A stretch of DNA of 64,000 bases from Octopus sinensis (taxonomy: Eukaryota): assembly GCF_006345805.1 (NCBI RefSeq), contig NC_043015.1, positions 26,040,001-26,104,000 on the forward strand, in the 5' to 3' direction. A program made the translations under genes and the position numbers. Shown here one piece after another: positions 39,490-53,870 of the stretch (position 1 is its first letter; each line of letters opens with the position of its first letter). The notes under the pieces are model-generated. The model was not told where the DNA came from and did no database searches. It was given only the letters and a program-made list of their open reading frames with translations.

Positions 39490-39850
39490 ATAAATGCCAT
39501 TATTTTGAATGAGCTCTTGTCATTTGTCAGGTAGCTTTTTGATTCTTCTCAAGTAAAATTCAGTCCGCTTCGAAATGAAGAAGCTTTCCACTTACGTTTT
39601 CACCTGATCATCCTGAGAAAATATTTTCCACATCAATTTGTAGAGGCGAAGATAGAAATCCGTTGGTGCAAGGTCTGGTGAATTTTAAAGAAGTGGTGTT
39701 TAAGTTGTATCTCTGATTCTACTTTAACAGCGGTACGACAGAGATATTACAGAATAGGTTTTTAACATACTCCGCTTATGCACAATGCAATGACAGTTGA
39801 CCCTATCAGATGAGGAAGTCATGGTGCAAAAGAACAGACGAGCTACGAAA
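39490..39850 (-). mobile_element. mariner 3' fragment
   Basis: SPDLAPTDFY...IKKLPDK*QELIQNNG. Confidence 0.7.
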
Positions 39851-40259
39851 TTCAATACAGCAACTTTGTGATGCAATTTACACTCTCACTCATCCGTTTC
39901 TCTATCGAAACACTCCATTCTATTATCTGCAACAGTGATTTGTATGCGGTACAATATCATATTAAAATTCCAAGTGTTATTTATAGAATATTATTTCAAT
40001 TGTAAATCTTCATATCGTGTGGAGATTTAATTATCGTTTCCTGTAAATTTGATTACTTCTCTTTTACACACAGACTTGTTTGATAATTATCAGAATGGGA
40101 GAGAAGAAAACGTTCAGTAAAAAACAATAAGCATAACATTTACTGAGTTTCCCTGTCATAAACTAAAGTCTGCCATTAATCGTTTGCATTTGATTATGTA
40201 TGCATACACGCATACATGCTAAACATTGGCACATACATACACACATGTGTATATATATG

Positions 40260-40292
<33 letters not shown>

Positions 40293-40630
40293 ATGTGTGT
40301 GTGTGTGCGTGTGTGTGTGTGTGTATGTATGTATACACACACACATATTCATCGCGTGAGAGAGACATTTGGGAGCAGTACAATTTACATAAATGATAAA
40401 TCATAAACATATAAAGATTAAAAACGATATTTTTCCAGATCGATGATTTCGTTTTAAAATTACATACACATGTACGTACGTAGTACATACAAACATACGT
40501 ATGTATGCATGTATGTATGCATGTATGTATGTATATATATATTATATATATATAGACACACATATATATAGACATACATATATATACATATAAATACATA
40601 CATATACATATATACATACACATATGATGC

Positions 40631-40678
<48 letters not shown>

Positions 40679-40914
40679 GTATATACATATAGGCATCTAT
40701 ATATTTGCGTGTGTATCTGTGTGTGTGTTTGTATTTAAATATTTTATGTTTCTTTTTATAACTATTACACCTATATCCCTGTCTTCCTGTGGCAAATATA
40801 AACACACATCTGTACATTATACGAAGGTCATACTAAGGACACTGAAGACTACTTTTCGCAAAGCATACACACTCGCGCACACACACATACACACATACAT
40901 GCACATACAGACAG

Positions 40915-41176
<262 letters not shown>

Positions 41177-42021
41177 TGCAAGCAAACGCGAGTTTTCGCC
41201 AATGATTGTTCATTGAATATATATTAATTCAGTAAATCTGAGATAAATAATGCAGAGGAAACTTACTGACAGAAACAGAACTAAGTATTCACATAGTTTA
41301 GTGAAAGCTGCCGGACACAGCTCGGAATCAACTTATGTAAAATACATTTAAGTTTTTCCTCCAGAGAATCGAGCTAACTCTTCAGGAAGGTGTGAAAATC
41401 ATCTCCTGCCAGTCTTGCAGTGAGTCGGCGTCCCTTCAATCGAATGGAGATAGATTTTATATCATCAATATCTGTAATATTCATGGCGGAAGATAACTCT
41501 CATAGTTTGTTATTTCTAATCGTTCTCTCTACTTGATTAGGCTAAAATATTTTACATTGCCGAATTTTCCAACATTGATGTTCTCTCATTTGCCTACATT
41601 GATCAATATAATTCTAATTCATGGACAATCATCCTAGACATCAGGGATCACTGATGATGATCAATTCATACATATGTCATATCGTCCCACGAGGAAATAT
41701 ATATGAAAATCAAAAAAGAAAATGCTTTGCGAACTTTATCAAATTTGAAATACAGAAAATGTTAACAATTTAAAGATATGCTGTCGGTTTCAATGATTCT
41801 ATTAAATGATTGAGTCATGCTGTAAAAGAAAACAGACTGATGTTAATTAAATTCAACATTCGTGATATCAGTTCAAACATTGCATCAGTTTTTCATATAA
41901 GATTCACATGATGCTTGACGTTGACTTCCTTTTAAAGGCTGCCGAGGTGTCATAATATACACTCGCGCGTACGCAGATACACACACACACACAAACACGT
42001 GTAACATGTATGCATATGTAT

Positions 42022-42088
<67 letters not shown>

Positions 42089-42122
42089 GATGTGTGCGTG
42101 TATACATACATACATATATATA

Positions 42123-42160
<38 letters not shown>

Positions 42161-42781
42161 TATATATATGCATGTATGTATGTACGTATGTATGTATACA
42201 CGCACACATCATACATACATACATCTATACATACAAATTATAGTGGGAGCGCTTAGATTTGTAAGTAGAGGCCTAACTGTTAGTCTGGATAAGCGTGGAT
42301 TTTCAGAAAAAGAAATCAATCAAATGATTCGCCCATTATACGTACAATATGTAAACGGAACAGCAAAATTTGCAAGACTTTTCTCGGGTTTAACATGTGA
42401 CATTGTTTTCATTATCAACATTTCAATGATGGAGTTTAGTATCTTTGTTAGAAACAAGCTCCTTCTCCAGAAGAAGAATTTAAATGATTATATACAGAAG
42501 ACAATGCATACATAAAAACATATGTTTTTATGTAACTGTTTAGAAGACTGTATTTTGTGGTGAGTAGCAATTGATTTGGTAAGGCCATCTTCTCAACGTT
42601 CTTCAATAAAAGCTACTGTGGAATCCTCTTTGAATGCCCTACAACACAAAACACGCCCTAACGTGAGGACAACGTCTTAACTAAAGTACGGAATGGTTGT
42701 TTGCAGCTTCACTAGTCATAAATAGAAGAGATGTGAGAGATTAAACATCAACAATAAGTAAACTACAATAATACCACAACC

Positions 42782-42813
<32 letters not shown>

Positions 42814-43370
42814 CAACAAGAACAACAATAACAGCAACAACAACAGTAATAATGTGGCAGATGTCGTGATGGGAGAAACAAGACATATCAGCGGAACTAT
42901 TCTCTGTCTTTCTGAGAACATACTTGGATTTTCCTGATGTCATTACGCCCATCAAATAGATCCTACTAATAGTGGAAACCTCTCCAACCAACGATTGTCC
43001 CATTACATTTTAACCGTGATGCTAGAAACAGCAATTTCGTTCCTTCTACCGCTCATCAAGTCATTGCCAACCTATCGACGTCTCTGCACTCATCACAGGA
43101 AACGATGACCTAATCAATGTCATCCACTCGACATTGATACCACTCGTCACATTCATTACACTCTCAATCCCATGATCCTTCAGGTCAACTAATTGGACTT
43201 TGTAACTCCACCAGTTTTTCTTTTTCTTTTTCGTTTTTACCTATTATGCCTGGCTGTAAATATGCTTCACTACGTCATCTCTCATCCGTAATATCTATAA
43301 TACACACACATATACATAGACACACACACACACACATATATATATATTATATATAAGCATATATATATGA

Positions 43371-43404
<34 letters not shown>

Positions 43405-43422
43405 TATATATATTATATATAT

Positions 43423-43464
<42 letters not shown>

Positions 43465-43609
43465 CATATATATATATATAAAATAAAGAGGTTAATATGG
43501 TGATAACTAAATATAGATACACGCGCGCGCGCGCACACACACACACGCACACACTCCTATACATATACGAGTGTGTGAGTGTATAAGGGTGTCTGAAAAG
43601 CTAATTCAG

Positions 43610-43805
43610 TGAGTTACCACGCTGGGTTAAACGCGTAGCAACATTTCGTCTGTCTTTGTGTTCTGAGTTCAAATTCTGGCATGGTCCACTTTGCTTTTCA
43701 TCATTTCGGAGTCGATAAATTAAGTACCAGTCGAATACTGTGGCTGATGTAATCGTCTAACCCCAGCTACGGAATTTGCCCCCCTTGTGCCAAAATTTGA
43801 AATCA
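43610..43805 (+). mobile_element. degenerate SINE-A
   Basis: TTTCGTCTGTCTTTG.GTTCTGAGTTCAAATT...GAGTCGATAAATTAAGTACCAG. Confidence 0.75.
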
Positions 43806-45706
43806 ATATTATTACAATTTGATGACCACCACCTCTTACTTCATATACTCATTTTAATTGACTAAATACTGAACGATTCAATTACATCTTGATACTGATT
43901 TTAATTGTCCCCGAATCTTAAACATTTTAATGATTCCCGAAATATAATGTGTAGCTTAAATAACGAGGCACGTGACCGAAATAAGTGAATGTCGTCTTGT
44001 TTGACATTCTGTAGCATTTCGCCAAGCAAGCGCTCTGAAGTGCTCTTAATAGTCTAATAGCCAAGATGTAAAATATAACGATATAACGCTATAACGACGT
44101 TGTGTTTTTATGAGGCATATTCAGAATCTCGTCACTAATTGGACATAGAACAGCTGCTCACGATCGTCTTGAAATCAGGAAACTATATTAAATAAATGAA
44201 ATTTACTCTTTCATGAATTCGCATCATAAATAGTTTTCCTCCCGCAAGGATCTGCCAGTTATGATTTATTGCAACAAACTAAATTTCATTTAACTCTACT
44301 GCCAAACATTCTAACGGCGTATTCGCAAGTTCAGATATAATTAATGACATAATGAACAAGGAATTAATATATTTTTTAAATGAAAATATATTCTAGAAAG
44401 ATAGAAATATAAATCAAATCGTTTTCCTCTTACAACGCTAACAGTCAAAATAAATCTCAGATATTATATACAGTGTTATACGATGTGCTGGAGGGACCGG
44501 TATATAAGCCGGTATTTTTTTACCTCTGTCTCATCATTAAAACATTTAATTAATTATGAAAATATAAAAAAAATTATACATTAATCCCTATTTGTGTAAG
44601 CAGTTGCATCCGTAAAAATTTTATTTGCAGAGAGCAGAAATTGAAAGAAGGTATGTGAAATGGATGTGTGTGTGTGTGTGTGTGTGTGTGGGTGTGTGAG
44701 TGTGTGTGTGTGTGAGTGTGTGTGTGTGCATGCGCGCGTGCATGCTTGTGCGTGTGTATGTGAGAGAGAAAGAGGATGAGACAGAGTGATAGAGTGAGTG
44801 AGTGAAGGTGTGTGGCATTGAGTTACGTTTGCTGGCACGGCGACTACGAAGCTTTTGAGGCGGCAGATGACTGGGGTGATTTGAAAGATGTGAAGAAATG
44901 CCGTCTTTTCAGTGGAGCGCTTCTTTGAAGGAAACTTTTTTCGTTTTCCCTTCTGATGCACAAATGTATAGACTTTATTGTCATTGCAAAGGAGAGTTTG
45001 ATAGGAAATTGAAGCCGCTTAAACATGTAGATTGTATCGGAGAGAATGAGGGACATTTAAGTTATAAGAACATCTTGGCCAGCGACCGGTCCATTCAATT
45101 CTTTGGACCTCTGTCTGATAACGTCTTTTAAGGTACACACACATACATAGAAAATGTGAGGTAATGGTAGAAAATTTTTACGATAGTTGATTTATGGAAG
45201 AAATTAAAAAGAAAATGAGAGCAAAAAGCACTTGTTTTTTCACAATGGAAAATCGTTACCTAGTAGCCGGAATTTCACAAAAAAATGTATGTTTATTAAG
45301 CACAACAGCCTGCAGTGCATCCCACTGGGCATTAAAAGCCAATCGCACAAAGCTAGAGGGGCTCTGGGTCCCTTGAATCTATAAAAAATTACCCTTTTTG
45401 CCATAGCAACCACATCTTTATAGCTTGCGAATTTTAACCGTCGCGGGTCTCATCCTCACCACGCATTTAGTATCCCTGCCAATTTTCAGCTCGATCCTAG
45501 CCTCGGTTTGGCCGCCATTAACCGTCAAAGAAAATGTGCATACAATTTTCGTCGCAGGACTGTTTTATAGATATAGATATCATAGTAATATGTATCCTCC
45601 GATTTCAAGCGACAATTTTTAAATACAAACAAATGACCGAAAAATAATGAGCTAGCCCTAGCAAGAATTGAACCCACGAATTATATATATATATATATAT
45701 ATATAT

Positions 45707-45814
45707 CTAACCGCTCAGTCGAAGTCAACTCTCGGTCACTCGTTGGATCAGTGTCCTCCAATCAGTTCTATCCTGGGCCGCTTCCTTCAGACTGGCCATG
45801 TCCATTCCGGTATG
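45707..45814 (-). mobile_element. RTE-clade LINE 3' end
   Basis: TGMDMASLKEAAQDRTDWRTLIQRVTES, the typical RTE C-terminal (A.DR..WR) motif. Confidence 0.65.
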
Positions 45815-46496
45815 ATGGAGAAAGCAGGTTAAGGAGTGGTATGACACTTTTCATATAGCACGGATTCTGCTTCAAGAATTTAAGCGTGCTGCTCGAAAGC
45901 ACACTGCTGGTGTAATGAATGGGGAAAGCTTTGTTTGCAATGTTTTCAGTTGTGTATGCTTATCAAGAGCAGGGCTCCTCAACCACCAACGGAGCTGCAA
46001 ATGCAAAATATAAGTTAGTCCTAGAGCACACAATGTTCCTAAAGTTCATCAACGGTCTTCCTTGGTCATTTTTGGACGGCCATCGCCATCATCATGTATT
46101 ATAATATATTTAAGATATAATAGTGTTTTATTTAATTTGCACTATACACTTTGACCATTTTGAATTAGGTTTCAGCGGTTTTCTCATGAGTTACACGAGG
46201 CGAGCCACCATTTTAACCAGAGAACTAAGATAATAACGAGAACTAAGATAATAATTATCAGAGTTCGAAATCACGTGAGAAGGATATATCTGTTTTCTTC
46301 AATTTGTGAGTTTAACCTTTTCCCTCGTTTTTAGTCAACTCATAAGGTGAGTGCTTTGTGTGGCTATTCGAGTTGTTTTTAATTCTTATTTCTCGCAATT
46401 GCTGGTACTAATTTTCTACTTTTTTTTTATTAATTTGCCTCTCGGTTATAATTGCTAACTGACCACTTTCATTATAATATATTTATTATATTATAG

Positions 46497-46498
46497 CA

Positions 46499-46569
<71 letters not shown>

Positions 46570-47160
46570 GTATTTTTCCAGCTTTCTTCAAATTTTATTC
46601 CATTTCTCGCCGAGTGTTTTCCGTACACCTAGGGAAGAGAAGCTCATTGTATGCATTCCCAGATTATACATGCAAATTCACAGGTAAAATATGTATTTAA
46701 AAAAATTGGATGTTGTTTTCACAGTGATAATGCTCATGAGTCGTTCCAGTTAACACGATTTTTTGCACTTCCTGTAGGGATGGTAAGCCTGGTATCATTT
46801 TCAAATGTACCTTTTTTTAATCATTCCTAGAGATCCGATAATCACTGGTAGTGTAGTTGCCTTGAGATGCCACATTTTTTCAATTTCTATTAGCAAGTCT
46901 TCATATTTACTGATCTTGTCAAATTCTTTCGCCGTTATATTGTGATCGCAAGGAATACTCATGTCAATTAATAAACACACCTTTTTTGTCTGATCTTTTA
47001 TAATAATATCCGGTTTATTAGCTTTTATAGTTTTGTCGGTATGTACGGGGAAGTCCCAGAGAATCGACAGTCACAACTTCAGGATGATGTTTATACTATT
47101 TGTCAGTGGTTTTGAAATGTCCAGTGTAAATACTGGTCGACTCTGTCATGTTTTGCTTTA

Positions 47161-47221
<61 letters not shown>

Positions 47222-47245
47222 GTTGTTATTATTATTATTATTATT
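46497..47245 (-). mobile_element. R4/Dong LINE 3' fragment embedded in (TAA)n
   Basis: Homologous to 32760-33400 (RLE region); (TTA)n at 46497-46569 and 47161-47245. Confidence 0.8.
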
Positions 47246-47727
47246 TATGTAGAAAAGAGTTTCGGAATGGAGTAGGTAAAATATGTTTCATAGTGACCAG
47301 AACCACAGCAGTGGTAAAAATCCAAGCGTGGTGTATACAGCCGGCTACTCTTGAAGTCATAGATAAAATTAAAGGTTACACAGCCGCAAGGAGGTACATG
47401 TTGAGGCATACTTATCAGAGATGGAAGTAGTAACTATAGTGAGAAATCATGATTATCTCCACATCAATATGGCTGTTCCGCAGGAACAGTGACGATGGGC
47501 ACAAGTAGCACAGAACCGTATTGTATGGTGATCCCGTTGTCTGTTAGCAGATCCTAGAGGTTCGTTCTCCTGCTTGCAATATATATCGTGTGCTATTTGC
47601 ATCAATAACCAGCTAGTGGAGGCTGCTCCTGGGGCTAAAAAAGCAAACGGGAGTAACGTCAATTCCTTTGGAACAGTCATGTTGATGTAGTGGTTTACAT
47701 TACTTACGCGCGGGCGCACACACACAA

Positions 47728-47776
<49 letters not shown>

Positions 47777-48353
47777 CACACACACACACACGCGCACATA
47801 TAGAGATAAATATAGATAGATAGATGCAGAAAGAGAGAGAGAGTGAGAGATAAGGCAGAGAGAGAGAATGAGAATGAGAAGGAAAGAGAAAGAAATCGAA
47901 ACACAACAGGATCTAGAGATAAAGAAGACATGTGAATAAAAGGTAGACAGAGAAAGAGAGAGGGGGAGGGAGGGAGAGAGAGAGAAAGTAAGAAACAAAC
48001 GCTGAAAGATAGACAGACACGTAGACATTGAAGAAGAGGACGAACAGAATGGTTTCAAAATAACCGTTCCGAAGTCAGTAATTCTAGATAAATCGTATTC
48101 AAGGAAACAATAAATAACTGAAGATATTCAACAAAGAATGCAGTTTAGGAATGATGTCAGCTTTAAAACAACCAACTTTTACTAATTTAACGAAATTGTT
48201 TTAATACAATAGACGAAAGTTATACAGATTTGTCTATTTTTCTTGGTAACCGTTTTTCTGTTTCCAAGGTAACTTCACAGAAAATTAATTCTATTCTATT
48301 GTTTTGTTTTAGCTTATTTTGTAGCTGATAATATTATACTAGTAATAGTATTC

Positions 48354-48423
<70 letters not shown>

Positions 48424-48689
48424 CTGGTAAATCTTCAAGTGGACCTCATTTTCTTCAATACAAATTATTCTTTGTAAGTGTATTTGCGAATGTATACAAA
48501 GAAACATACATACATACACATATATGTATATACATATACATATGTGTGTGTGCGTGTGTTTGAGTGCTTATATACAGTATAAATATGTCTATATATGTAT
48601 GTGTAGGAGAGAGAGATCGCGTGCGTATGTGTATATACATGCTTCTCTCTATATATATTTGGATACATACATACACACATACACACATA

Positions 48690-48900
48690 TTCTTTTATTC
48701 GTTTACATGTTTCAGTCATTTGACTGCGGCCATGCTGGAGCACCGCCTTTAGTCGTGCAAATCGACTCCAGCACTTAACTCTCCTAATCCTTGTACTTAT
48801 TCTATCGGTCTCTGTTGTCGAACCGCTCGATAACGGGAATGTAAACACATCATCATCGGTTGTCAAGCGATGTTGGGGAGACAAACACACACGCACACAA
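48690..48900 (-). mobile_element. SINE-B 3' half
   Basis: Reverse complement of GGCGGTGCTCCAGCATGGCCGCAGTCAAATGACTGAAAC. Confidence 0.8.
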
Positions 48901-48931
48901 ACACATATACATACATAAATACATACATACA

Positions 48932-49007
<76 letters not shown>

Positions 49008-49011
<4 letters not shown>

Positions 49012-49611
49012 TGTTATATTTCGGAATGGTCATATTGCCAGTTTAGCCAATAAAAACACACGCACTATATATTTGGTGTTATTTTGCTTCAGTGATATTT
49101 ATTTTTTACATTAATCTTAATCTTATTTCGGCCAAAGTTCTTTCGTCACACTCCTGTGACCGCATCAGTGGTCCTTTGTTTTCTTCTTTCGTATTTGTGT
49201 CTCTCCTTACTAACCGTCAGCCATTTTGTATTTCTATTGTATGTCTTCATTTGCGCATGCTTATATCTCTATGTGCGTCTATGTTTATTTAGTGTGTGTG
49301 GGGGGATGCCTGTAATATTTGTATCTTCTGTTTATATACATTCATGTAATTTGTATTTTGTTTTTGTTGTTGTTGGTTTTGTTCTAATTTTGTTCATGTG
49401 TTTACATCCACCCATTATTATCATTACATATGCTTGTATGTATGTATAACAACAATATTAGTAATAATAATAATAAATCTAATCGAAAAAAAAAAAGATT
49501 AAGATTAATGTAAAAAATAAATATCACTGAAGCAAAATAACACCAAATATATAGTGCGGGTGTTTTTATTGGCTAAACTGGCAATATGACCATTCCGAAA
49601 TATAACAATAT
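49008..49611. mobile_element. PLE-type fold-back (117-bp arms, about 370-bp spacer)
   Basis: 49008-49124 vs 49495-49611 are reverse complementary; an arm fragment recurs at about 62720-62760. Confidence 0.8.
49130..49173 (-). ncRNA. variant minimal hammerhead-like motif
   Basis: Minus GACCA-CTGATGC-G-GTCAC-AGGAGT-GTGAC-GAAAG-AA-CTT|TGGCC; A9C and one stem I mismatch. Confidence 0.5.
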
Positions 49612-49665
49612 CTGTTTCAACACACGACTTCACATAAAAAATCTTGCACAACAAATATTTAAACG

Positions 49666-49714
<49 letters not shown>

Positions 49715-49723
49715 TATATATAT

Positions 49724-49757
<34 letters not shown>

Positions 49758-49921
49758 ATATATATATATGTATATAATACATATATATAAGTTCAGCAAA
49801 AATTTAGATTCAAATGAATATGATACTTAATTTAGTTGCACCAGAATTCTGTATGGTGTTATACATAAAAATCCGTGGGGTGATTATAATCAAAATGAGC
49901 AACAAGAATGACTCCGGTAAT

Positions 49922-50007
49922 TTGGTACAATCGTTTCGTACTACATCATTTTATTAAATGTTGTAAGTATTGCAACAGTTTTAAAATGTTGAGCACTCAT
50001 CAGCCAA
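49922..50007 (-). ncRNA. type I hammerhead ribozyme motif
   Basis: Minus TTGG-CTGATGA-GTGC...GTAC-GAAAC-GATT-GTA|CCAA; intact core, all stems pair. Confidence 0.8.
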
Positions 50008-50806
50008 TTAAAGAGGTTTTCCTTCAATACAAAAAATTTCATATCAAGTGGCAACATTATAGAGAAAGTAGATACATAGACAAAGATGTGGATTTAAAGA
50101 ACATTTGAGGTAGTGGAGCCCATCAACTGACTGACTAAGATTCAGTTGTTCCAGACTACTGTAAGGATCTGAGAGGGAAGAACAAATGAAAAGAGACAAT
50201 AAAGATTTTCTAATTATAGAAGTGGGGTAAAGGGGGTGTCATAGCTCCATATAAGGAATTTATGTAGAAGATAGCATTGTCACAACTAAATGCCAATTAC
50301 TACCATTTGATGAACATATTCAGCGTTAGGAGAACTAGGTCAAAGTCAAATGGTCACAATAACATTCACAGAGAATGCAGAGACTTTACGAACCCTATGC
50401 ATATCAACCCAACAGTTGGTCTATAAGTACCAAGTACTTTGACACGTTAGAATAAAGGAAAAAATATAAATCTAAAATTTATTCAAATTTGGAGAAAGAG
50501 ACTATCACTTAATATGAGTAGGCATAGTACTTATTACCTGGGGGGAAAGCCTTATTAATCAAGTGAACATATTAGGGGTCAAAATATGTACTAAGAAAGA
50601 TGGAAGAGGGAAAATCAAAGAAGGAAGATATTCATAGGTTTAGTAGAAGGCGATATTTTATAATACGAAGAGAGGTAATTTAGAAGAGTAAATTATTCAA
50701 ATTTCATGGATAGTGAGTTGATATTAATGATTTAAAATATAGGATCTATTGGAAATAAAATTTACTACCTGCGGATAAAAGTTAATCAGTTGGGAAAAAT
50801 ATCTTA

Positions 50807-51170
50807 GGTTAATTATATATTAAGAAATGCGAGTGAGATGATCAAGATGAACCAAATAGTTTCCCTAGGGACATAGGATTAATGCTACTTAGTATTGGAG
50901 AACATTATAAAAAAGAAGAATGTAATTCTAAGTTTGCAATGAAGTTTTTTAGTCATTTATGGGTGTTAAACTAAAACCAGTATGGTATATTCGTTCCTAT
51001 TTGGTTAAATATATTTTGTAAAGATATCTTAGACTAATTATATATTAAGAAATGGAAGTGAGATAATCAAGGTGAACTAAATAGTTTCTTTATGGACATA
51101 AGATTCATACTATTTGGGATTCATACTATTTAGGATTCCAACTATTCAGTTCACCCTGATTATCTCACTG
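50807..51170. repeat. diverged ~85-bp direct repeat plus terminal hairpin (probably PLE terminus)
   Basis: About 50811-50895 resembles 51035-51115; AGTGAGATAATCAAGGTGAACTAAATAGTT vs AACTATTCAGTTCACCCTGATTATCTCACT. Confidence 0.55.
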
Positions 51171-51175
51171 TATAC

Positions 51176-51312
51176 GACTGGCTTCTTTCAGTTTCCGTCT
51201 ACCAAATCCACTCACAAGGAAAAGGTCGTCCCGAGGTGCCACGCAGTGGGACTGAGCCCGGAAACATGTGGTTTGTAAGCAAGCTGCTTACCACACAGCC
51301 ACTCCTGCGCCT
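51176..51312 (-). mobile_element. SINE-B 5' part
   Basis: Reverse complement of GGCGCAGGAGTGGCTGTGTGGTAAG...GGAAACTGAAAGAAGCC. Confidence 0.85.
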
Positions 51313-51553
51313 GTGTATATGTATGTGCATATATATTCATTGACTTCAAATATATATAGCACACACACATTGTGTATAACATAAGCTGGAGAAATGCGAA
51401 ACTGTTTATATCAAAGCAACTATTGTCATGGCCAACGAATTTTATCTAGATATGCATATACCTACGTGTATGTATATCTGTGAGTGTCTGTGTGCGCGCA
51501 TCTGAATGTATGTATGTGTGAGTGCATATATGTAGTGTGTGTGTGTGTGTGTG

Positions 51554-51588
<35 letters not shown>

Positions 51589-52025
51589 CATATATCAATC
51601 TATCTATGGGGAGAGAGACAGAGAAAGCTAGAGAAAAAATTTGGAAAAAAATAAAAATAAGCAGTACCTATATTAACATAAATGTTGTTATAGACAACTA
51701 ATTTTGTTTTTACTGCGAGTAACATAGCAGACAATTCGTTGTTACTGTATGCTAACTGAATTGCATACAGTTTTTTATACAGATCTACAGGTATAAATAT
51801 ATGCATCCTAACGTATATTTATCTCACATTTTATCGACCTCTACTTTCTTAACATCACTCCCGCTCTTCATTTGCCATTTGTTCATTACTCTGGCTCCCT
51901 CTCTTTCCCCATCCCTTTCTCTATACACACGCACACATACATACATACTACAAATTAGAAATTGATAGATATACAAGCATATATATATGTGTGTGTGTGT
52001 ATGTATTGATATATATGCATATATG

Positions 52026-52073
<48 letters not shown>

Positions 52074-52534
52074 ATATATATATATGCGTATATATGTGTT
52101 ACAGTATGTTGTGTTTTTGTCATTATACCTTAGTGTTTAGCCAAAAGGAGCCCATTGAATAAATAGCAGATCCTAAAAATTTTTTGACGTTGATTTGTTC
52201 TACAAAAGCCAACCTTTCGAGACTGACCCCAGTATGGCCACAATCTAAGGAACAAAACAAGTTAATTATGAAACATTTTACACTGTAAATTTCAAATAAT
52301 CTTTTTTGTTTTTATCATTTTCTCTGTTTTTTTTTTTAATTTTCTTTGTTTTTCTATTTTCTGTTCTGCTATTGGACTGTTCCCTACGCCTGGTCATTAT
52401 AGAAATCTTCTGGTTGGTATGAGCGACGAAGTTTTCGATTAAACTCTAGACGTCGGTGCGGTTGATCTAGCTGGTCTCTTTTGGAGGACTTGTGGGTCTA
52501 GTACTGCCAGGGGTAATTTCTAGAAATCTCTTAC

Positions 52535-52563
52535 CTGGTAGTGTTATCAAAACTCACTGACCG
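52535..52563 (-). CDS. candidate 29-nt coding micro-exon (phase 0-2), RSVSFDNTT(R)
   Basis: Acceptor ttatctccag|, donor ACCAG|gtaaga, 87-nt upstream intron; restores frame between the two larger exons. Confidence 0.55.
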
Positions 52564-52650
52564 CTGGAGATAATGTCAACAAGCACGGAAATGCTACCAA
52601 GCAGATTCGTCCGAAATGCACGCAGAGCGATGAAACCGTTCTGCACTCAC

Positions 52651-52844
52651 CTGCACAGCGTCCATGTGGGACGAAACCGAGTAGCCAGCTAATCTATCGT
52701 GAGGATCGTCCCAGCACCCACCTTTAACAAAACAGGGCAAGTGATGTAGCTCTGTCTTGTAGCTATCATCAATGACATTGTGTGTTGGGTAAGACTGAAA
52801 GGACTGAAGAAAAACACGTTCGTCATCGACGATTTTAATTTCCA
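52651..52844 (-). CDS. internal coding exon (194 bp, phase 1-0) of the same unidentified gene
   Basis: Acceptor ctctctttcctttccaag|, donor GCAG|gtgagt. Frame (V)EIKIVDDERVFLQSFQSYPTHNVIDDSYKTELHHLPCFVKGGCWDDPHDRLAGYSVSSHMDAVQ. Confidence 0.8.
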
Positions 52845-53004
52845 CTTGGAAAGGAAAGAGAGGAGAAAGAGAGAGAGAGGGAAGTGCGACCTCCGAATGA
52901 ATTTAGGAAAAGACGAGTGATTGTGGCAAAAATGGGTAGAATGAATGACCCTTCTCTGAGCATGCACCTGTAGGCTAGAGAACAACAGGTGAACAAAGGC
53001 TCGT

Positions 53005-53443
53005 CTTTTGTCGGTCAGATTAATCGGCGGAATTTGAACTCAGACGAAATACCGCTAAGCATTTCGCCCGGCGTACTAACGTTTCTGCCAGCTCGCCGTC
53101 TTTTTTTCTATTTCTTTCTCCTCGTCTTTTTATATTAACTGCCACACCAATTGTGGTCTTCCCCCTTGTGATATCTCCTTTGCCTATGTCCGCTGGTTAA
53201 GGTAGTGAGCTGGCAGAATCCTCAGCACTCAGGGCAAAATGCTTACTAGCATTTCGTCCGTCTTCACGTTCTGGGTTCAAATTTTGTCGTGGTCGACTTT
53301 GCCTTTCATCTTTGACGGAACAATAAACTAAGTACCGGTTGAGTGCTGGGGTTGATGCAATTGACTTAACCTTCCCACGAACTTTCAGGCTTTGTGCCTA
53401 GAGTAGAAAAGAAATTTTTTTATTATTATTACTATTATTATTA

Positions 53444-53517
<74 letters not shown>

Positions 53518-53775
53518 ATTATTATTATTATTATTATCATTATTATTATTATTATTGTTGTTGTTGTTCTTATGGCAGAATCTTTAGCACACCAGGCAAT
53601 ATGCTTAGCGATATTTCGCCTGTTGCAACGTTCCGAGTTCAAATTCCGCCGAGGTCGACTTTATCTTTCATCCTTTCGGAGTCGATAAATTAAGTGCCAG
53701 TTAAACAGTGGTCGATGTAATCGACTAGTCCCCCTCCCCACAAATTGCAGCTCTAGTGCTTATAGTAGAAAGGAT
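53005..53775. mobile_element. three SINE-A copies (- partial about 53005-53100, + 53195-53415, + 53570-53775) with (ATT)n tails
   Basis: SINE-A head and body matches. Confidence 0.8.
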
Positions 53776-53786
53776 TATCATCATCA

Positions 53787-53870
<84 letters not shown>

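Noticed and set aside
41365-41419. 55-nt plus-strand exon candidate (ttcctccag|...GCA|gtgagt)
   Set aside because: Good splice-like ends, but isolated, with no partner exons on that strand; may be chance.
44497-45600. Helitron/HINE-like signals (ACCGGTATATAAGCCGGT hairpin; ..TTTTATAGATATAGAT end) and ORFs at 44844-45131
   Set aside because: No CTRR terminus at the hairpin, boundaries undefined, and peptides unrecognisable.
51666-51782. 117-nt phase 1-1 minus-strand exon candidate (DLYKKLYAIQ..)
   Set aside because: Phase is incompatible with the upstream phase-2 micro-exon (stop in that frame), and the donor gtactg is weak.
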